Origin: Candidatus Eiseniibacteriota bacterium
GTDB taxonomy: Bacteria; Joyebacterota; Joyebacteria; Joyebacterales; Joyebacteraceae
Reading direction: 5' to 3'
Assembly: GCA_043819135.1 (NCBI GenBank)
Contig: JBDRFG010000075.1
Span: 1 to 26,870, forward strand
DNA length: 26,870 bases
Position numbers and translations under genes: made by a program. The notes under the pieces were generated by a model. That model saw only the letters and a list, made by a program, of their open reading frames with translations. It was not told the origin of the DNA and ran no database searches. This document shows positions 17,890 to 26,333 of the stretch, in pieces; position 1 is the stretch's first letter; every line of letters starts with the position of its first letter.

Positions 17890-18771
17890 CTACCACAGGA
17901 AGATCGCCGACAGCCTGTAGAGGCTCCCTATCCTCCGCTCAGAGAGCAGAGCGACGTCTATCTGAACGTGCCTGGTCCTCATGCCCAACCCCGCGGTGAT
18001 CCTGTCGCGGTTCATTCCCGCTCTCAATGCAAACGCTTCGTAGAACCAGACCTCGGTTCCGAGGTTGATGATGTAGCGGTCTTCGTAGTACTCGGGCACC
18101 TCCCTGGGAGCGCGCCACTCGGCCGTCATCAGCATGACGTCGCGGAAGAGATACGAGCCGCCGAAGCGAAACTCGCTGACCACCGGGTCGAGGTCTTCGG
18201 AGTCGGTCGAAGAGATCAGCTGGAGCTTAGGTTCTCCGAGGTTCCTCAAGGTCCCGCCAACGCTCCACTTCCCGCGCTTGTAGAGAGCGCCCAGGTCCGC
18301 CGAGTACGCGTCGTCGCCGCCTGACTCGAAGGACGGGTCGTTGTAATACTCGTATCCGGGCGCCTCGACGGAGAAACGCTTGAGCGTCACACCCGCGGTC
18401 AGGCCGTCGATCGGCGTCTCGGTGCCGTAACCCGCCAGGAGCGTGTCCTCGTTGTAGAGGTCCTCCGCCCCCGTTCTCATCCACCCCACGCCGTACCCCA
18501 TGTTTCCCGTTCCGTACGATACCAGAGCCGCATCTTCGGACAGGCCGTCAACGCTGTAGACGCTTGTGCGCATGCCGAAGACCTGGATCCCCTGAAGCCC
18601 TGCCAGGCCGGCAGGATTCCAGTGCAGCGCCGTCACGTCGTCGGCGACGGCCACGAATGCGCCGCCCATGCCCATCGCCCTCGCCCCAAGCTCGGTCTCG
18701 AGGAAGTTCGCCTGAACCGCCCCGACCAGGAGGAGCAGAGCAACGGCCGTGCTTACAGTGAGCTTCAGCAT
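17890..18771 (-). CDS. PorV/PorQ family (FadL-like) outer-membrane barrel (~293 aa)
   Basis: ATG at 18771 with AAGGA RBS, signal peptide ending VQA-N. Family signature GARAMGMGGAFVAVADDVTALHWNPAGLA, plus ADLGALY, LRNLG and ALRAG. Terminal Trp. Confidence 0.85.
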   Translation of the reverse strand: MLKLTVSTAVALLLLVGAVQANFLETELGARAMGMGGAFVAVADDVTALHWNPAGLAGLQGIQVFGMRTSVYSVDGLSEDAALVSYGTGNMGYGVGWMRTGAEDLYNEDTLLAGYGTETPIDGLTAGVTLKRFSVEAPGYEYYNDPSFESGGDDAYSADLGALYKRGKWSVGGTLRNLGEPKLQLISSTDSEDLDPVVSEFRFGGSYLFRDVMLMTAEWRAPREVPEYYEDRYIINLGTEVWFYEAFALRAGMNRDRITAGLGMRTRHVQIDVALLSERRIGSLYRLSAIFLW

Positions 18772-18784
18772 AGACAGGTCCTTG

Positions 18785-21700
18785 CTACTTGATGATGACA
18801 ACAGGTCTGTTCACTCGCTCGAATGTCGGTTCGGTCTTGAACTTCGCTTCAAGGCGCATCACGTAGATCCCGTAGGGAACCGCGTTGCCCTCCCGGTCGG
18901 TCCCGTCCCAGGACACGGTGTTCGGGGTCCGCCCCGTGTAGTTGGTCGCCCCCTGGAAGACCAGCCGTCTGGCGAGTCTTCCTTCCAGGTCGTAGAACTC
19001 GACGTTGACGTAGTCGGCCTCGCGGCCGAGGTAGAAGCTGACGATGGTCTCGTCGTAGATGCCGTCACCGTTCGGCGAGAACGGGTTGGGCTGCGCCAGC
19101 ACGCCGGACAGACCGTCGGACGAGCCCACGTCCAGCACCTCCCAGTAGAACAGACCGTAAGTGCCGGCATTGTCGATCTCGGCAGTTACGGTGTTGCCGC
19201 CGGGGTTGCTGGCCCCTCCCCTCAGGATCCAGCGCTCGGTCTCCGGCACCCACTCGAAGAGACCGAAGCTGGACTCGTCGAGACCTCCGACGTCGTACTG
19301 CGGGTAGTGCAACGTCAGCCCCGCATGACCGCCGATCTCGAGGGGCGTCCCGCTGGCGTACTCGGCCCCGATGGTCCTGGCGACTCCCACGAACTCCATG
19401 TCATCACGGATGTTGGAGACGTCGACGAAGTTCGACGGTATGGGAGTGACGGTCACCTCGATGGTGTCACCCTCCGCCGGCTCTATCTCCACGTCCTCGA
19501 CCGACAGCACCGTGCCGTCCTGGAACACCAGGAACTGCTCCGCGTTCGGCATGAGCGAATCGGGTCCTGATATCGTCTGGCTCAAGGACCACGGCTCGGG
19601 GATGCCGAACGTGAGAGGAGAAGTCGTTATGCTGTTCTGCGCCTCCGTCAGATCCGACGCCTGGATCCATGCCTCGAACACGCGGCCGTCGCCGATCTTG
19701 TTCAGCTCTACTACGTTGGTGGCGGCCACGATGTCGGAGCGGGATATGTCGGCCGCCCAGATGTTCCCGATGAGGTTGACCATGTCGGCCGTGTAGCTGC
19801 CCGCCGGCAACCACACGGGACGCCAATGGAAGGTCGCGGCGCGCACACCGGTCACGTCGCTCATCGTCGTCCAGAGAACCGACGGGGCGCCGTCGAGAGC
19901 CTCCCACGGAATGAACTCGAGGTCCGGGTCGCCCGGGAAGCCGTGGATGACCGGCGGCGACGTGTCCACGGCGAAGCTCGCCTCGAGCACACACGCAACC
20001 TTGTTGCTGTTGAACCTCTGTTCCGCGTCACCGGTCGTGTAGTCGAGCATCTCCTCCTGCGGTCGACCCGACTCGTGTCCCAGGCCGGGCGAGGTAGCGA
20101 CGTCCATGATGTTGGCGTCCCTGTCCCGGCCACCCTCGCTGTCCCTGCCGCCGCCGATCTGCCACTCGCTCGTCGTGCCGTTGACCCAGCGAATACCACC
20201 CAGGTTCTGATCGTTGGTGTCGCCGTCGTGCGAACCCAGCGTGACGATGATGTCCCACGAGAGGATGGCGTCGTTGTCCGTTGTGTCATTCGGGTCCAGC
20301 CCCAGCAGTGCGCGATTGACGCTGACGTCGATGTAGTCCTCTGCGTAGTCGTCGCACATCGAGATGTCGCTGTCGTTCTTGTAGATCCCCCAACTCGCGG
20401 AGGAGTTCGAGCCGTTCGAGACGACGAACCACTTCCCCCAGCCCTCCGCTGAAATGCCGTAGTCCCACGCGTCCACGTTGGCGATGTCGACGTAGCGGTT
20501 CGGGAACCCGCTCGTCGCGCCCTCTCCCTCGTTGGCGTCGATGTAGATATCGAGCTTCTGCAGGTTGAGGTCGGTCCTGTTGGGATTGGCGCAGGTCTGC
20601 TCGCTCGGCTGGGGAGCCCCCCAGTCGGCGGCGGACGGGTCCTGATGGTAGACCAGGTCCTTGATGTGAGTGCGGAAGACAATCTTGTTCCCGTCCGCGA
20701 ATATCTCGACCCCCGTGATATCGAAAGACCCCGGCAGGAAGACCAGGTTCGTCGGGTACCGGTAGTACAGACCCTCTATGGGACTTCCGCCCGAGGTGGT
20801 CTGGTTGGGACCGTGGTCGTCGAACTCCGGGTCCTCGAACGACCTGATGGCCGTCGCCGGGTTGTCGGCGGAGACCGTGATCTCGATGGTCGAGGTTGCC
20901 ACGTTCTGTGCGTCGCGCGCGGTCACTACGACCGTATGCTCGCCGTCAGATGCCGCGGACGGCATCTCCTCCTGCGCCGTGTAGACGCCGTCGCCAGCCG
21001 CTCTGTCGGCCGCCGCCCCGTCATCCGACATCCGCAGGAAGATGCTGCCGCCGATGCTCGAGAGATCGATGAAGACGTCACCGATGCCCCCGCCCGCGTC
21101 GGCGACACTGACGCTGTATGTGACGAGCTCTCCGGGCGCCGCCTCGGGAGGACTTGCAGTCCCTGACGTGAGGATCGGCGCGAACCCCTCTTCACGAACG
21201 ACGTAGGTGGCGTAGTTCGAGAGCGTCACGGGCGTCGTAGCGGTCTCCCACCAGTCCCCCTCGTCGGGCAGCATGTCGTGCGTACTGTCGTTGGGAACGG
21301 AGTCCAGAGCCGTGCGCTTCTCGCCGTCCGTTTCCTGCATCAGGTAGACCTGAACGCGAATGGTGTCACCTATCGCGGTCTCGATGACCGAGAGCGGGAT
21401 CCGGAGTTCGACGTCCTCCGCGCCCTTGGTCGTGAATCCCTGTGCGACCACATTCACGCCGTCGGCGTAGCCTATGCGCCACGCCTCCTCGACGAAGTCG
21501 TAGTGCTCCCACCCGACTCCGGCTCCCAGATTCCGCCTGAGGTCACCGTAGTCGTTGGCGGTGTACTTGTAGGTCAGGGCGTAGTCCGGAAGGAGCGCGT
21601 GACCGAAGTTAATCGGGAACTCGAAAGGATCTGCTGCTCCACCTGCGGCGTCGTCGTGCGTCTCGAGGAGGACGCCGAGGTGCACGCCGTCCCAGTTCGA

Positions 21701-24121
21701 GGAGAAGGCCAGACCGACGACCAGGTTCTCGCTGTCGTTGGCGACCTTGAGAATAGTCAGATCCACGCCCGCGTCGCTGTTGTGCGCGGGGTCGGTCTCC
21801 GGCGCCGTCTCGTCCACGGCCGCTATCGTCGCATCGATGGGGATGTAGAGCGTCTCCACCGGGAGGCTCCCGGCGGTGCCCGTAATCTGGATGGTGCCGT
21901 AGTTCGCGCCGGCCGTAAGCACCCCGGTGGCCCCACCCGTCGCTCCGGTCACTATCGGGGTGTCGAGAGACTCGATCAGCTCCACAGGTGAAGCCGCGAG
22001 AGCGATGGAGAGCCCGGAGAGCGCCACGGAGTTGCCCCACGCGTCCACCACGCGCCCGGTCAGCGTCGACGACTGGTGTGGGCTCAAGGCCCTCGGGTTG
22101 GCCGACATCTCTACGAATGCGGCGTCGCCCGCCGTAAGGAGTATCGCAAGCGTATCGACCGCCAGGTTGGGATACGCGGACGACGGGGCGATCGTCGCCG
22201 AAACGTAGGTAGTCCCTGCGGCGACACCGGAGAAGTCCACTTCGAACCTGCCGTTCGACTCGGTCTCAGGCGACGAGATGCTGAAGCTGCCGCCGACGCC
22301 TCCGGCAGTCATGCCGGCAACGATGCCCGGTATCTGCGAGCTGTTGCCGCTCGCGTCCACCAGCTGACCCGTGATGCGAGCGACTCCATCCCCCGCGGCG
22401 ATGGTCGTGGCGTCGGTTGAGAGCGCGAGACGCACGGGAGCCGGCGGGTCGATACCGACGTCGAGGACACCCTGGAGGTTGACCTTCTGGGCGAGCACCC
22501 GCACGACCTCCACCGCATCGCCGCTCACGAGGAACAGCGCCCTGCCGTCGTCGAACATCGCGTTGGTCACGGTCGAGTCAACCAGAGGCGTGCCGGTCGG
22601 GTCCGCGAAGATGATGTTGCCGGTTGGAGGGTAGGCGGGATCGAGCTTGGACGCGGACAGCAGAACGTCCGTCTGAGCGGTCTCGTCCCAGTAGGCGATC
22701 CTATTGCCGGCGTCGCGCGGCTCGAGCCACGCGCGAGCGTAGTAGTAGATGGAATCCGCGGGCAGGCTGACTGTAGTGCCCGTGCCGTAGATGCTGTTCC
22801 CGAGCGAGTCGGAGAACCCGTACTTGGTCGCGACTACGGCGGGAAGTTCGAGGAGCCCGACGTCGGTCGTATCGCCGCCTGCGATCGTCGCCATCGTGTC
22901 CGCCTCGACGTAGCCCTTTCCTTCGGCCAGAACGAACCAGTCGCCGTCGGCGACCAGACCGATTGAGAACGGGCCGGAACCTCCCGCTACCACGACCTCG
23001 CCGTCTCCAACCAGCGCACCGGTCGCCTGGTCGTAGACGCCGATAGTCACATCGACGGCAGGGCCGCCCGTAAGAGCGACCTCACCATCGACGCGTCCCG
23101 TGACCCTGGTCAGCGCGAAGTCGACTCCCGGCGTGTCGCTGGTATCTGCGACCACGACGCCCTCCGTCGTCACGGGCAGGTAGGAGAAGGCCTCCGCCGT
23201 TACGTCGTACACCCCGTCACCGAGCCGCCTGATCAGATACTCGCCGCCCCCGGCCGCCGTCTTGCCGAACCACACTTCCTCGCCGCCCTGATAGGCAGTT
23301 ACCGTGACCACGGTATCGTGGTCGGTCGTGTCGCCCAGCGCGACGGCCCCGGAGATGCTGCCGCCGGGGGGATAGTTGAAGTCGGGAACGCCGTCTCCAT
23401 TCTGGTCGATCGGTATCTCGAAGAAGAGGTCCAGGTCGGTGTAGGCTCCGTCGGGAGTGGCGGGATCGGACTCCATCCCCGATGAAGACGTAGGCATGGC
23501 ATCGAAGGCGCCGGTGTTATCGCCGCCGACGACAGCCGCGATGAACCGGAGCACGGTACCCTCGGGAACCACGCCTGCGCCGAGTCCGTAGAGCCCGTTC
23601 CATGGGATGACGCCCTCGTAGTGCTTAGCGCCGGGGTTGATCGCGGCGTAGGCGCCGTCGATGGCGGGCATGACCACCAGCTCGTCGCTGTGCCTGATCC
23701 CCTCGCTACCTCCCTGCAGACTCCACACGCCGAATATCGCGTCGACCCCCATGGTGCTTAAGGTCACGCGCCTGGGGTAGAATGCGGCGCTCGTGAAATC
23801 GGTGGCACCCGTGATCCCGTCCTGCGCGTCCTTGTCGATGTAGAGGGTGTAGCCGTTGTTGAGCGGACCGTTGACGGTCCTGACGCCGAAATAAAGGTTC
23901 GTCTCGTCCCAGGTCACCCAGAGGTCCCTGAGGTCTCCCTGGGTCGGGTAGTGGCGGCAGTCGTTGCTGGGGTCGTTTCCCGGCCACTCATCGCTCTCCC
24001 AGTCACCCTCCAGTGTGGTCACGCGCCCGTCGATCGTGGGCGTGTTGTAGCTGTTAGACAGAGCCGATGTCGCCAGCAGAAGCATCAGAACAACGACGGC
24101 AGCAACCAGGTACCTTCGCAT
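18785..24121 (-). CDS. Large secreted multidomain alpha-glucan-binding protein: DOMON/CBM9-like x3, carboxypeptidase-regulatory-like x2, Big_1-like Ig, choice-of-anchor-X-like, FlgD-Ig/T9SS-like C-terminal domain (~1778 aa)
   Basis: ATG at 24121 with AAGGA RBS, signal peptide MRRYLVAAVVVLMLLLATSALS. TPTIDG..DW..DLWVTWDETNLYFG. GSISGAV..GVYDVTAEA. VDASGN and VDAWGN Ig repeats. MSDDGAAADRAAGDGVYT. Glucodextran_C-like FEDPEFDDHG..YRYPT..GSFDI..LDIYID. C-terminus PNPFSPNGDG..WDGTD..PYGIY. Confidence 0.75.
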   Translation of the reverse strand: MRRYLVAAVVVLMLLLATSALSNSYNTPTIDGRVTTLEGDWESDEWPGNDPSNDCRHYPTQGDLRDLWVTWDETNLYFGVRTVNGPLNNGYTLYIDKDAQDGITGATDFTSAAFYPRRVTLSTMGVDAIFGVWSLQGGSEGIRHSDELVVMPAIDGAYAAINPGAKHYEGVIPWNGLYGLGAGVVPEGTVLRFIAAVVGGDNTGAFDAMPTSSSGMESDPATPDGAYTDLDLFFEIPIDQNGDGVPDFNYPPGGSISGAVALGDTTDHDTVVTVTAYQGGEEVWFGKTAAGGGEYLIRRLGDGVYDVTAEAFSYLPVTTEGVVVADTSDTPGVDFALTRVTGRVDGEVALTGGPAVDVTIGVYDQATGALVGDGEVVVAGGSGPFSIGLVADGDWFVLAEGKGYVEADTMATIAGGDTTDVGLLELPAVVATKYGFSDSLGNSIYGTGTTVSLPADSIYYYARAWLEPRDAGNRIAYWDETAQTDVLLSASKLDPAYPPTGNIIFADPTGTPLVDSTVTNAMFDDGRALFLVSGDAVEVVRVLAQKVNLQGVLDVGIDPPAPVRLALSTDATTIAAGDGVARITGQLVDASGNSSQIPGIVAGMTAGGVGGSFSISSPETESNGRFEVDFSGVAAGTTYVSATIAPSSAYPNLAVDTLAILLTAGDAAFVEMSANPRALSPHQSSTLTGRVVDAWGNSVALSGLSIALAASPVELIESLDTPIVTGATGGATGVLTAGANYGTIQITGTAGSLPVETLYIPIDATIAAVDETAPETDPAHNSDAGVDLTILKVANDSENLVVGLAFSSNWDGVHLGVLLETHDDAAGGAADPFEFPINFGHALLPDYALTYKYTANDYGDLRRNLGAGVGWEHYDFVEEAWRIGYADGVNVVAQGFTTKGAEDVELRIPLSVIETAIGDTIRVQVYLMQETDGEKRTALDSVPNDSTHDMLPDEGDWWETATTPVTLSNYATYVVREEGFAPILTSGTASPPEAAPGELVTYSVSVADAGGGIGDVFIDLSSIGGSIFLRMSDDGAAADRAAGDGVYTAQEEMPSAASDGEHTVVVTARDAQNVATSTIEITVSADNPATAIRSFEDPEFDDHGPNQTTSGGSPIEGLYYRYPTNLVFLPGSFDITGVEIFADGNKIVFRTHIKDLVYHQDPSAADWGAPQPSEQTCANPNRTDLNLQKLDIYIDANEGEGATSGFPNRYVDIANVDAWDYGISAEGWGKWFVVSNGSNSSASWGIYKNDSDISMCDDYAEDYIDVSVNRALLGLDPNDTTDNDAILSWDIIVTLGSHDGDTNDQNLGGIRWVNGTTSEWQIGGGRDSEGGRDRDANIMDVATSPGLGHESGRPQEEMLDYTTGDAEQRFNSNKVACVLEASFAVDTSPPVIHGFPGDPDLEFIPWEALDGAPSVLWTTMSDVTGVRAATFHWRPVWLPAGSYTADMVNLIGNIWAADISRSDIVAATNVVELNKIGDGRVFEAWIQASDLTEAQNSITTSPLTFGIPEPWSLSQTISGPDSLMPNAEQFLVFQDGTVLSVEDVEIEPAEGDTIEVTVTPIPSNFVDVSNIRDDMEFVGVARTIGAEYASGTPLEIGGHAGLTLHYPQYDVGGLDESSFGLFEWVPETERWILRGGASNPGGNTVTAEIDNAGTYGLFYWEVLDVGSSDGLSGVLAQPNPFSPNGDGIYDETIVSFYLGREADYVNVEFYDLEGRLARRLVFQGATNYTGRTPNTVSWDGTDREGNAVPYGIYVMRLEAKFKTEPTFERVNRPVVIIK

Positions 24122-24151
24122 GTTGGTATCCTTGGGAATGGTGTTCAGTGC

Positions 24152-24179
24152 GATGCCTCCGGAACCCCGTTCCGGCATC
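24152..24179 (-). other. Hairpin in the leader of the large secreted protein gene
   Basis: ccggaac-ccc-gttccgg core extended by gatg/catc with a bulge, about 30 bp upstream of the ATG. Function unknown. Confidence 0.3.
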
Positions 24180-24284
24180 CCGGTCAGACACGCCAGGTGA
24201 TACTCTGCTTGGATACAGCCACCCACGGCCGGTTCCCCACGGGCCCCGACGTGTGCAAGAGGTTATCAGAGCTTGAGGGACCGG

Positions 24285-25088
24285 TCAAGCAGACGAGGCC
24301 CTGGCGACCGAGTTCGCGGCCCCCCCGCCGCGGTTGCCCACGAGCTGCAGCACGCGATCGGCTATCGCGGGCAGGATATCACCTGCGCTTCCGAGCAGAG
24401 TGTCGTCGACAAGGGCGGATATCGGCGTGAACGCACTATTCACCTCGATCACGAAAGCCCCGTTGTGCTTGGCAACGAGCGGCAGGGAGGCCGCGGGATG
24501 CACCATGGCCGACGTGCCGACGACGAGCATGGCGTCGCAGCTGGACGCTATCTCGTGAGAACGCTCGTAGGCCTCCATGGGGAGAGGCTCACCGTACCAC
24601 ACAACATCGGGACGAAGCAGCGCTCCGCACCGCTCGCAGAGGGGAGGCAGTTCCTTCAGCGGGCTGTCGAGCAGATCGCACACGGTCTGCTCGGCCGTGC
24701 AGCGCGCCCTCCAGACACTGCCGTGCAGCTCGACGGGAGCCGAGCTGCCGGCCCTTTGATGAAGTCCGTCGGTATTCTGAGTGATGAGGGAGAACTGCGG
24801 GTAGCCCCGCTCCAGCTCGGCGATGGCCCTGTGTGCCGGGTTGGGCTCGGCGTCGGAGATCAGCTGACGCCTGTAGTCGTACCAACTCCAAACGAGCCCG
24901 GGGTCACTCTCGAACGCTCTCCACGTCGCCAGTTCCTCGGCCCGGTACTGCTTCCACAACCCTTCCTCGCCCCTGAACGTCGGGACGCCGCTCTCCTGAG
25001 ACACTCCGGCGCCGGTGAGGACGGCCAGCGCCTCGGCGCCGCTCAGCCGCTCCACCAACATCTTCGTCACGCCACTGGCGGGTTCCAT
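24285..25088 (-). CDS. cobB: NAD-dependent protein deacylase, class III sirtuin (~267 aa)
   Basis: GAGVSQESGVPTFRG, TQNTDGLH, ELHG, RPDVVWYGE, VGTS..VHPA, EVN. YDYR supplies the Tyr-x-x-Arg pair of desuccinylating sirtuins. ATG at 25088 follows GGAAGGGG. Confidence 0.93.
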   Translation of the reverse strand: MEPASGVTKMLVERLSGAEALAVLTGAGVSQESGVPTFRGEEGLWKQYRAEELATWRAFESDPGLVWSWYDYRRQLISDAEPNPAHRAIAELERGYPQFSLITQNTDGLHQRAGSSAPVELHGSVWRARCTAEQTVCDLLDSPLKELPPLCERCGALLRPDVVWYGEPLPMEAYERSHEIASSCDAMLVVGTSAMVHPAASLPLVAKHNGAFVIEVNSAFTPISALVDDTLLGSAGDILPAIADRVLQLVGNRGGGAANSVARASSA

Positions 25089-25117
25089 TGCATCCCCCTT
25101 CCAGGGCAATCCAACAC

Positions 25118-26074
25118 TCAGCTCGTGTCCGGTACCTCTGGTTTCCTGCCTGTTCTATCCTCGATCGCCGCCTCGCGGATGGCTCCGCGTGCCGCGGCCG
25201 CCTCCGCCCTGCCCCTTGCCGTTCCTCTGCCTCCCTGTCCGAGGTCCATCTTCCAGTAGACCGAGCCGAAGCTCGTGCAGTTCATGCAGCGGATGCAGTC
25301 GACACTGCCTATCTCCTCGGGCACCTTGAGTCCCATCGGGCAGTTGGCGGAGCAGTAGTTGCAGGAGGCGCAGTTCTTGAACTCGGATCCCCTAGCGAAG
25401 GCGACGGCGCAGTCGTCAAGATGCGTGTCCATCTGAAGCAGGCTGAACTTGTTCGTCAGCCCGAGAAGCGCGCCCAAGGGACATATGAAGCGGCAGAACG
25501 GACGCCTCATCATGCCCATCAGAAGCACCAGGGCCGCCAGGATCACGACCTTGAGCGTGAACACCGAGGTGAGGAAGTTCATGCCATCCGCGTAGTCGGA
25601 ACCTCGGGCCTTCCACGCCAGCCACGGGAGGCCGCCCTCGAGCGTTCCGGCCGGACATATCTTGCAGAACCAGGGCTCGTAGGTCCACCATGCGATGAGC
25701 CCGCACACCACAATGAGCACGACGAACTTCAGGTGTCTCAGCCAGTTGGGCGCGGAGAACTTGGGCAGTTTGAGCTTGTAGACGATCTCCTGCAGCCACC
25801 CGAACGGGCAGAACCACCCGCACGGGAACCGCCCGACGAACACACCTATGAAGCCGAGTATGCCCAGCACGTAGAACGGGAACTGTCTGACGATCACGAA
25901 GTGCTGAAGCGCACCGATCGGGCACGAGCCCCACGCGAGGGGGCACGCGTAGCAGTTGAGAACCGGGACGCACACGCCCTTGAGGCTGCCCTGATAGAAG
26001 GTCGCCGCCGGGATGGACGCGAAGTAGGAATTGGTGAGCAGAAGGGAGATGAACTGGACGATGCGTCTCTTCAA
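25118..26074 (-). CDS. Membrane 4Fe-4S binding protein (NapH/MauN/YccM-like, ~318 aa)
   Basis: TTG start at 26074 after GGAG. CVPVLNCYACP..CPIG, GRFPCGWFCPFG, FCKICPAG, RPFCRFICPLG, several TM helices and a C-terminal ferredoxin CxxCxxCxxxCP motif. Confidence 0.88.
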   Translation of the reverse strand: MKRRIVQFISLLLTNSYFASIPAATFYQGSLKGVCVPVLNCYACPLAWGSCPIGALQHFVIVRQFPFYVLGILGFIGVFVGRFPCGWFCPFGWLQEIVYKLKLPKFSAPNWLRHLKFVVLIVVCGLIAWWTYEPWFCKICPAGTLEGGLPWLAWKARGSDYADGMNFLTSVFTLKVVILAALVLLMGMMRRPFCRFICPLGALLGLTNKFSLLQMDTHLDDCAVAFARGSEFKNCASCNYCSANCPMGLKVPEEIGSVDCIRCMNCTSFGSVYWKMDLGQGGRGTARGRAEAAAARGAIREAAIEDRTGRKPEVPDTS

Positions 26075-26156
26075 ATGAGTCTCCGGCCCTGGACGACGAA
26101 ACCCGGCGCGGGTGCCTGCCACCCCGAACGTGCGCAGCCGCGTTCAATCGATGGGA

Positions 26157-26333
26157 TCAACCCACGCCGATGCAGGACAGGCAGATCATCGCTCCGTTAG
26201 AGAGCGTCTCCCGGAAGTGGTCGGTCACGATCCCGAAGATGAGAAACGCCTCGAACGCGACCAGAGCGACGGCGAAGAACAGGACCGTGCGTCCTGGATT
26301 CGACTCTCTGAAGAAACCGGCCAGCTCGCCCAT
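26157..26333 (-). CDS. Small membrane protein with C-terminal CxxC (CD1871A family-like)
   Basis: One TM helix followed by ICLSCIGVG-stop, the typical end of this family, which I recall as lying next to this type of 4Fe-4S gene. Start is ATG 26333 or GTG 26342. Confidence 0.8.
   Translation of the reverse strand: MGELAGFFRESNPGRTVLFFAVALVAFEAFLIFGIVTDHFRETLSNGAMICLSCIGVG

Noticed and set aside
10079..24121. Tat export suggested by RR in several signal peptides (MRRAV, YRRST, MRRYL)
   Set aside because: None fits the S/T-R-R-x-F-L-K consensus well. They look like ordinary basic n-regions of Sec or lipoprotein signals.
24180..24284. Sigma54 or sigma70 promoter, or riboswitch, upstream of the large cargo gene
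   Set aside because: Only a weak GG-N10-GC match and a TTGCAC with no -10 were found. No riboswitch consensus was recognised.
24285..25088. Sirtuin as an anti-phage SIR2 effector (Thoeris/DSR-like)
   Set aside because: It is a stand-alone class III CobB with housekeeping deacylase motifs and has no defence partner genes nearby.
26100..26159. Selenocysteine readthrough of the TGA after the CxxC protein
   Set aside because: The TGA falls right after CIGVG, the normal family terminus, not at a Cys position, and no convincing SECIS is visible.
8..26200. Many long plus-strand ORFs (e.g. 7043-8224, 12078-13277, 16183-17220, 25088-26200)
   Set aside because: They are antisense shadows of well-supported minus-strand genes in high-GC DNA, are Arg/Pro-rich and show no recognisable motifs.
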